From Thermoplasmatota archaeon (GTDB taxonomy: Archaea > Thermoplasmatota > E2 > DHVEG-1): DNA of 64,000 nt. Below, in pieces: positions 26,451 to 35,400 of this stretch; positions within the stretch are counted from its first letter, which is position 1; every line of letters starts with the position of its first letter. The notes below the pieces were generated by a model, which was not told the DNA's origin, did no database searches, and worked only from the letters and a program-made list of their open reading frames with translations. The stretch is from positions 197,722 to 261,721 of the forward strand of contig JAOZSQ010000001.1 in NCBI GenBank assembly GCA_029939595.1, given 5' to 3'. The position numbers and the translations under genes were made by a program.

Positions 26451-29400
26451 ATGGGTCGTGATGATAAAATAAATACTGCTTTAGAGCAGATTATACAACG
26501 ATTAGGAAGTCTTGAAAAGACAGTTAGGGAAAACGAAATTCGTCAAGAAGAGGCGCATAAGATAGCTGTGCCTAAAGAACGAAGGGAACCAATTGATGGT
26601 GTGGATGCTCTGTTACAACATCAACAGAAAGAACAAATTAAAAGAGAACAACTAAGAGATAAATTAAGAAAAAAAGAAAGAACCGAAGATTTTAAAAGAG
26701 AAACTGTAAAAGATAAAAAAGAAGATAAAAGAAGACTAGCTGAAGATATCCAAAAAAAGAAAGAAAAAGAGAAAGAAAAAGTAGAAACTGTAAAAGATGA
26801 AAAGAAAAGAAAAAAAGAAGAATATGTGGCTGAACGAAAGAAGCAAGTTGAAGATGCAAAAGTTCAAAAAGAAGCCGATAAAGCAGCAAAAAAACAAGAA
26901 AAAGAATTAAAGAAAGGGCAGAAAGAAGAAGATTCCTTCTTATATAATAGCGAAAGTGGTTCTGGTGAAGGATTGAATCTTGGTGTAAATGATAATCAAA
27001 CAATGTTTGATTTTGGAGGTTTTGGTGGAAAAGATAAAGAAACCGGTGGATCAAAAGATCCTATAGATGAACCAACAAAACCAGAAAAGAAAATTCCTGA
27101 AACTATACCTAAAAAAACGGAACCAGAAAAGGTTGCTCCCATAGTCAAAAAGCAAACTCCTCCTAAAAGGGTGACACCAATTGCTAGAAAAAAAGTAGCA
27201 ATTGATAAGAAAGTACCTCGCAAAGTTACCGAACAAGATGACATATCCAAAAAAATTCTTGAAGAAGAACCTATTAAAGAACCTATTAAAGAACCTATTA
27301 AATTTCTTGCAAAACCAGTAGAAGCGGAAACCTCTTGTTTAGAGGGGTTATGTAGAGCTTCAACTTTAATTGCTAGAATTGATGAAAATGTACGAAAAAT
27401 TGGTTATAAAGTAGGTATTACTCATTCAAAAATTCAGGTAGCTGCCTTTGCAAAAGGTGGTATAGGTAATGTGTTTTTGGAAGCAGGGGGTATTGTAACT
27501 AAACCTACTGCAATGGCTGTGACAGGGGAAGCTGGTAAGGAAATGGTTATTCCTCTTAAAAAGAGAAGCAAAGAAAAGAAACGATTTCTTGGGGAAGTTG
27601 GTCAGGAAATTGATAAAGTAATTGAGAAAAGAGATGAAAAGAAAGAAGAGAAACAAGAAAAAGAAAAGATAATAGATAGTAAAGAGAAGAAGAAATTAGG
27701 TTTTCTTGAAGAACGAAAACAAGCTAAAGAAGCCAGAGAAGCAGCCAAAGAAGCCGATAAAGCAGCCAAAGAAGTAGAAAAAGATCAAAAAGAGGATGAT
27801 TTTTTATATGAAGGTGGTGGTGAATCTGGTGAAGGAATTAATTTTGGTGTAAATGAGAATCAAACAATGTTTGATTTTGGAGGTCTTGGAGATCTGTTTA
27901 AAAGAAAACCAAAACCTGATAAAACCGATGCTGAAAAACCAAAACCAGGAAAACTAACATTTGAAGAGTTATTTCCTAAAGAAAAAGAAATTCCAGAAGT
28001 AGTTGGGGAACCTGTTAAAAAAGAGAAATTACTTACTTTTGATGAATTGTTTCCAAAACAAAAGAAGCAAATTAAAAAGAAGGAACCAGTTAAAAAAGTA
28101 GAAAAAAAAGTAGAAGAACCGGTTGAAAAGACAATAGAAAAGAAAAAAAGACCTGTTAAGAAAAAAGAACCAGTTGAAGAACCAGTTGAAGAACCAGTTG
28201 AAGAACCAGTTGAAGAACCAGTTGAAAAAGCAGTAGTTGCACCGGTGCCAGTTGAAAAAGCAGTAGTTGCACCGGTGCCAGTTGAGAAAGCAGTAGTTGC
28301 ACCGGTGCCAGTTGAGAAAGCTGAATCTCTAATTGCGCCTCCAGTTCCAATTGCCGAAGGGTTTCCATGTATGGAAGCTCTTTGCGCTAGGGTTTCTACC
28401 ATTGATAGAATTGATGAGAATGTTGAAGCCATTAATAAACGATTTAGAATACCTCTTTCAAAAATAAAGAAACCAAAAGTAGTTAAGTTTGCTAGGGGTG
28501 GTGTTTTAGATACTACAATGGAATATGGTCAGGTATTTGGACCAGGATTGTTTCCAGCAGCACAAGCAGCAGTTGGTGGTGTTATGAGTGGCAAAAATCC
28601 AATGGCGGTTATGGGTGATGTAAAGGAAATGATTGTTCCACTTGATAAAGCAAGTAAGGAAAAGAAAGGTTTTATTGGTGAAATTGCAGACAAGATAAAA
28701 GGTCTTTTCTCAAGAAAGAAAAAAGAAGAAGTTGTTGAGCCAGAACCGGCAGCATCTCCTCTTGGTGGAATAGCAAGTATGATTCCAGGTGGAGATATGA
28801 TCCCTCTGGATATGATTAGTCAGTTTCTTCCTATGGATCAATTGAAAGGTATGATTCCTATGAAAAAGGGTGGAATTATTAAAAAACCTGTTGTGGCTGG
28901 TGAAGCTGGTGATGAAGCGATTGTTCCTCTTGGTAAAGGAAGTAAAGAGAAAGATGCTTTTTTGGATGAGGTAAGTGAAAAGTTGGTTGGTAAAAAAGGA
29001 GACAAGAAAATATCCTTTACTATGTCTAAAATTATTACAACCGGCGATTTGAATAATACTGCACTTATTCAAGAAAAAATAATTGAAAAGAAAAGAGGAA
29101 AACGGCTTTTTACTCAAACAAAACAAACGATTAAATTTACAGATAGAGATAAATTACTTAAAAAAGTAAATGCTATACATAATTCCATAATAAATGAAGG
29201 TGGTGCAAAAGGAAGAACAGAAATTAACTTTCCTGGTTTAGCTGATATAGCTTATGATGCATTTGATATGAATGTATGGGGTCCAGTAATTCAAGCAATT
29301 GATTATTTGGGCGGTGTTGATATGGTTCAAATTGGGGCAGCAATAAAGAATGCGTGGTTGATAGGGAAAAGTGGTAAGGCATTTCAATGTTTGACTAGTC

Positions 29401-32400
29401 CCGAATTTAAAGAACTGGCTAAAATAGATTTTTATGGATTAACTGGTTTAATTGAAGAAATGGCTCGTTTAGATAGCGATCAGATTGTTTCGGCTACTTA
29501 TAATGCGTGGTTATTGGGAAAAATATCAAAACCACTAAGCGTTTTGATTACGAATAAAGATTTACAATCATTTTTGAAGTTGAATTTGGGAGAGGTTTAT
29601 AATTTAGCCATTCTTACTGAAGAATTGGCTGCTCTTCACACTTCTGATATTACCCTTGCCTCATTACATGCATTTATGTTGGGTCAATCCTTCAAGCATT
29701 TTAGCACTGTTATTGACATATCCAAACATATTGGTGATTTGGGAAGTAGAGGATTATTTGGATTTTTTAAAACTGGAATTTTTGCGTTGGTTGACCGATT
29801 ATCCTCATTTAAAACAGGTGATGTTACTCGTGCCTGTCTTCATGCTTGGATGATAGGTAAAGGTTCGCAACAATTAGTATCTGTTGCCGAAGTGATGAAA
29901 TTGAAAATTTTCTCAGGTTGGAGAGAATTTTTTGGTATTGAAGATCCGGTTTCCATAATGGTTAAAAAACTTTCAAGTTTAACAACTTCTGACGTTACCA
30001 GAGCAACTCTAAACGCATTCATTTTGTCTCAAGGTGTTAGATCGTTCAAAGCGGTTGAACAAGTGTCATCATTAGGAAGAAGATTTAGATTTTTTAAGAA
30101 AAAAACAGTCGTAGAAGTGCTCGTTGATGTGGTTAAACAATTAGCTGAAGTGGAAAGATCCCAAGCATTAAGGGCAACTCAAGTGGCACAAGGTCTTGGA
30201 ATGATCGGAGCCAATGTCAAAACATTAAACGAAGTTGCAAAATTAAACAGAAAGAGTTTCTTTATAGCTGGAAACACAATGGTTAAAGATATTTGTGATG
30301 TTGTATCTGGTTTGAGTTTGTTTAATTGGAAAGATATTTTGGTTTTTGCAAGAAACACTTTAGCCATTGCTGGTACAGTTAAATTTACAAAAGATATATT
30401 AGGAGTTACCGAATTAACCAGAAAAAGTTGGGGTTTGATTGGAGATACAGCTATAGATGAGATTACTTTTGTGGTTGAAAAATTAAGTCAATTTTCATTA
30501 AAGGAGATAGGAAGAGCAGTTGTCTTGGCTACTTCTCTAGGAAAGGCTTCGCCCAACTTTATGCAAATTATACCAATCGCACAATTGGGAAGAAAATTTA
30601 TTAGAAAGTCAATAATAGAGGCTATCGCAGGTGTTATTGATGTATTAAAAGAAATTAGTCTAAGAGATATCGTTAGAGTTACCCACAATGTTTTTGCTTT
30701 GGGTTTTAATGCTCCTATGTTCCCGAAGATGAAACCTATAGCTGAATTAATGGGGGCTAGTCATTGGTCTGGTTTTGGTAATGCGTATATTACAGATATT
30801 GGATTAGTTCTTGATAGGATGAAAAATTGGGAACCGGATCAGGTACGAAAATCAGCATTATTGGCTGGTAGTTTGGGACAGGCAGCACCGTTATATTTTA
30901 AAATGATACCTATTTCTAAACTAGCGCAAGGAAGTAAATGGTGGGGTGGTTCTTTAATAATTGATGATATTTCTAAAGTTTTGAAGGTGTTGAGTGCTTA
31001 TAGTTGGTCTGATATTGCCAGAATTAACATATCTGCTTTGGCTCTCGCAATGAATGCTCCGAGTTTTGCTAGAATGTCAATAATTGGGCTTTTGGCAAGA
31101 CCAAGTAGGTTTTGGAGAAAACGAACAATCATTGAAGAAGTTACAACGGTTGTTAATGAGTTGGGAAAATTAGATCAAGCAGATGTTCGTAAGTCGGCTA
31201 TGGTAGCAGGTACACTAGGAAGTCCGGCATTCAAGGGATTGGCTACTATAGGCGAATTACTTGAAAATGAGTCTAAGTATATTTTTTGGGAACATGAAGG
31301 AACCAGTACAATAGATAAAGTAAAACAAATTGTAGGCGAATTTAAACAAATAGATTTGGCCGATGTTTTATTGGCTGCTGGAAAGGCTGCGACATTAGGT
31401 TTACTAACTCCTCAATTCATGAAAATCAAGTTACTTGAACCATTGATTGCCGGACCACGTAAGGGATTCATGGGTCAAATAGGAGACTTTTTCTTAGGCA
31501 AAGAAATAAGTCCAATCGCCAAAGCTAAAATATTGGTGGATGAATTCGCTAAAATTGATACTACTCAAACGGCTCTGGCAGCGGTTAAAGCAGTTATACT
31601 AGGAAAAACCGCATCCAGTTTTCTTGCTGTGCCGGATTTGGGAAGGTTGGTAGCTTACAAATATTGGGGTTTTAGTAATAGGAGACCAGTTGATGATTTG
31701 AAAGATGCTATTGATGGATTATCAGAAATTGATCCTAGAAACGCTGTGAAAGCGGCAGCAAGTGCTTTTGTAATTGGCAAAGGTATGGGTAATTTTGGTG
31801 AGCTTGGTAAGGGCATAGCTGGTTTGTTTAAGAAAAGATTTATTTTCTTTGGAAAGACCAGAATTGAGATGATTACCGATATGGTTGAGCGATTGGGCAA
31901 GTTAAAGCCTACTATGGTTCTGGCAGCGGTAGGAGCATTGGGTGTTGTTAAGGCGGCACTTAAAGCTTTTGATAAAGGTGAAGGTGGAATGGTAATGAGA
32001 AGTATCACCGGATTGAAGAGTTTCTTTGGTGGTATTATGGCATTTGCAAAGGGTGTTGCTGGTGTTGGTATTTGGGTATTAGGAAAAGTATTAAAGAGAG
32101 CAGCCAAAAGTTTAGCAGAAGCTCAAATGCACATGGATATGGTTGGTGAAATCAGTGATAAATTGATGCAGAAGATAAAGGATCTTAAAGAATTTATTAC
32201 TGTTGCTACTGATTTTGGAAAGGTTAAGGGTGCTGTAAAGAGTTTGGAATATATTGCCAAACGGATTGATAATTTTGCAGATATTGAGCGATTGAAAAAT
32301 CTTGATAAAATTGGTTCGGCTATTGAGAATTTGGCAGATACAAAGCAAGTAAAGAAAGCAGTTAAGGGTATGAAGATGATTGCTAAAAACACTGATCAAA

Positions 32401-35400
32401 TGCAACAAATGTCTGGTTTCTTGAAGGATTTTGGTGGTCAGAAATCGTTTAAAACTGGTGGATTCATTCCTGCGGGTAAGGTTGTTACAGGTGCTACTTT
32501 ACACGGACCTGAGATGGTTATTCCAATGAAAGACCCCAAATTCACTGGTGGACCTCCTGAATCTGCAAGTGGATATAAACGTCTAGCAGAATTGGTAGAA
32601 GTATTTGAACGAATAGATCCAGCGAGTATTCCTAAGTTTATTAAAGGAATGTCTTTGTTATCATCTAATTTAAAGACTTTTAAAAAGTTTGAAGGTGCTA
32701 AAACATTGAAGCATTTGGCTATGTCTGTTGATCCGGTATCTGATATCAAGAAAGTGAAACAAGCTGTTAAAGGTATGAAATTGATAATGAGTAATATTAA
32801 GATGCTTGAAGGAGTTAAAGCGGTTCCGAATCTTAAACAATTATCATATCTTATTCATGCGGTTGGTGATTATGATCAAGTGAGAGCGGCTGTGAGAGCC
32901 TTTGATTTGATTACTCCGAGACTTATTGAACTTGGTAAGATTGAAGGCGCAAAAGAAATGCGAAAGATTTTATATGCTGTTCAAGGTCTTTCTAATGAAG
33001 ATGCGATGTATAGTGTTACCACGAGTCTTGAAATGTTGGTTGGTCAAGTTGATAATATGAAGAAGATAGGAAGTGTTGGGGAATTAACTAATATATCGTA
33101 TGCTGTTGAAGGGTTATCCAATATTAAGAAAACTGGTTTTGCATTACTTAGTATGTTCTTGTTGGCTAAACGAGTGAAGGATTTTAAGGCATTGGAAGGT
33201 GTTGGCGTACTTCAGAATGTGGTGAATGCTGTAGATGGTTTATCTAGTCCAGTTAAAACAGCAATGGCTATTGGTAGTATGTGGATGTTGAGTAAACGAG
33301 TGGATGATTTCAAGAAAATGGAAGTTGTACCAAACTTGTTGAATCTTTCAATGGCGGTTGATGATCTTTCTCAGATTTGGAAAGTAATAAAAATGATTGC
33401 CGGAGTGAAGTTAATTTCTAAATTTATTACCAGTTTCCAGAAACTTCAAGGTATAGGTGAATTAGAAAAGATTGCATATTCGGTGGATAAGTTGTCTCAA
33501 ACAGGAAAAGTGATGAAAATGATTTTCAATGTTTGGGCAATTTCTAAGTTTGTGGGTAGTTTCCAGAAACTTCAAGGTATAGGTGAGTTGGATAATATTG
33601 CGTATTCAATAGACAAATTATCTCAAACCAAGAAAGTAATGAAGATGATTCTCAATATCAAAATGATTAAAAAATTTGCTATTGATGATATGAAAAAGTT
33701 GGCTGCGATTGATGAGTTGAATTCGTTGATAAGAGTGGTTGAAAAGTTATCTCGTTTTGGAAAGGTATTAAAGAGTATTATTGCCATTAAAATGTTGGGT
33801 GGTCAAAAGAAGAGTTTTGAGAAAATCAGAGAAATAAATGAAATAATAAACGGCATACCTCATTTTAAAACAAATATGGCAGTTATTACAGGTATCGGTT
33901 TAGCCAGCCCGTTAATAAAGAAGGCGGTTAAAGTGATTAAATTTATGGGTAAGAATTCCGAAGAAATTAAGAAAGTGAGTGTTCTTAATGCGTTTGATGA
34001 ATTAGGTGATTTCTTTGATGTAGTGAAAAAAGTTGGTGCAATGGGTGTTCTTGGATTTGCTTCTAAATCAATGATTAAAGCGGTTGATGTTGTGAAAGAA
34101 TTGGGAGCGGTCCCAACGTCAGTATTTGAAGATCTTGGCGATAACTTGGCTGTAATATCTAAAACTGAAATTCATTTGTTTAAGTCAATGAAAATAATGG
34201 GTGGATTGGGTTTTTCAAGGAAACTAATAAAGAATGCTATTAAAAGTATTCAAATGTTACAAGATAATAAAGATCTAATAGCCACTCTTGATCAACTCCA
34301 GTTTCCTAAAGATATGAGTAATTTACAAGTATTAATATCATTAGGTGAACAAAAAGATTCTATTGAAAGAGCTATGAAGAGTATTGAAAAACTCAATGAA
34401 AACATGGGTATTATTAAGAGTATTGATATAGAGGCTTTCAATAGGTTAGGCAAGGTATCTGTTGGTGTGCGTGGTTTGGGACAATTAGAACATGTTAATA
34501 AGAATATAAAGGTATTGAAAGGCATTGAGAAAGATGGTGAAACAATAATTCGTGCTTCAGAAATATTGAAGCAAGCCGGATTTACTATTGGTGAATCTAA
34601 AGGTGAAAAGATGGGAGCCAAAGCTGAAGATGTGTTAGCTGGAATGACAGAAAAGGGTGCAAAAGCGAAGGAGAAAGGAAAAGAACTGTTTGATAGTGTT
34701 AAAGGTGTTGATATTAAAGGTAAGGGTACTGAAGCCTATGAAAAAGGTAAAGGATTAGTAGCTGGATTGTTTAAGAAAAAAGAAAAGAAAGTTGAAGAGG
34801 GTTTAACTGGTGCTGCTGATAAAGTGGATAAAATGAAGGAGAAGGGTGATGTAGAAGCTGAACCGAAGGCAGGATTGGGATTTATTGGTGGATTAAAGAA
34901 GAAAGCTTTTGGTTTAATGGATGAAATGAAGACTGTTAAAGAAGAAACCAAAGGCGAGGAGAAGGTAGAAGGGAAAGGATTTTTGGATAAGTTGAAAGAA
35001 CAGAAAGAAGATTTATTAGAGAAAGCTAAAGGTGTAAAAGAGAAGGTAGTTGGTACAGTTACTCCTAAAGAAGAAGAGGTTGGATTTACAACTGGTCGTC
35101 AAGATTTAGATAAAACAATGGAAGGTGGTTATGAAAAGCCATTAAAGAAGAAAGTAGGTGATTTTGTAACTGGTAAAATGCAAGAATTTGGTCTTGGTGA
35201 TCTTACAAAAACTGATAAAAGTAAAGAATTAGTTGGTTATTTGAAAGATAAGAAAAAGGAAGGAGTTGATTATGTAAAAGGTAAAGCGGATGAAGCTGGT
35301 GATAGTTTAGGTTCCAAGAAAGATATAGTAGCAAAATATGTAACGGATCAATATGGTGCGGTTACTAAGGTTGTTGTTGATTACTTTGGCAAATCAAAAG

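Noticed and set aside
28167-28316. Tandem direct repeats (also 4041-4103, 36229-36318, 39189-39312, 54031-54252) considered as CRISPR or minisatellite arrays
   Set aside because: All are in frame inside long ORFs. Unit lengths are multiples of 3 (12, 15, 21, 30 bp). They have no unique spacers. They encode low-complexity peptide repeats (EPVE, KAVVAPVPVE, KPKPKV, GANQG, TTAETEL).
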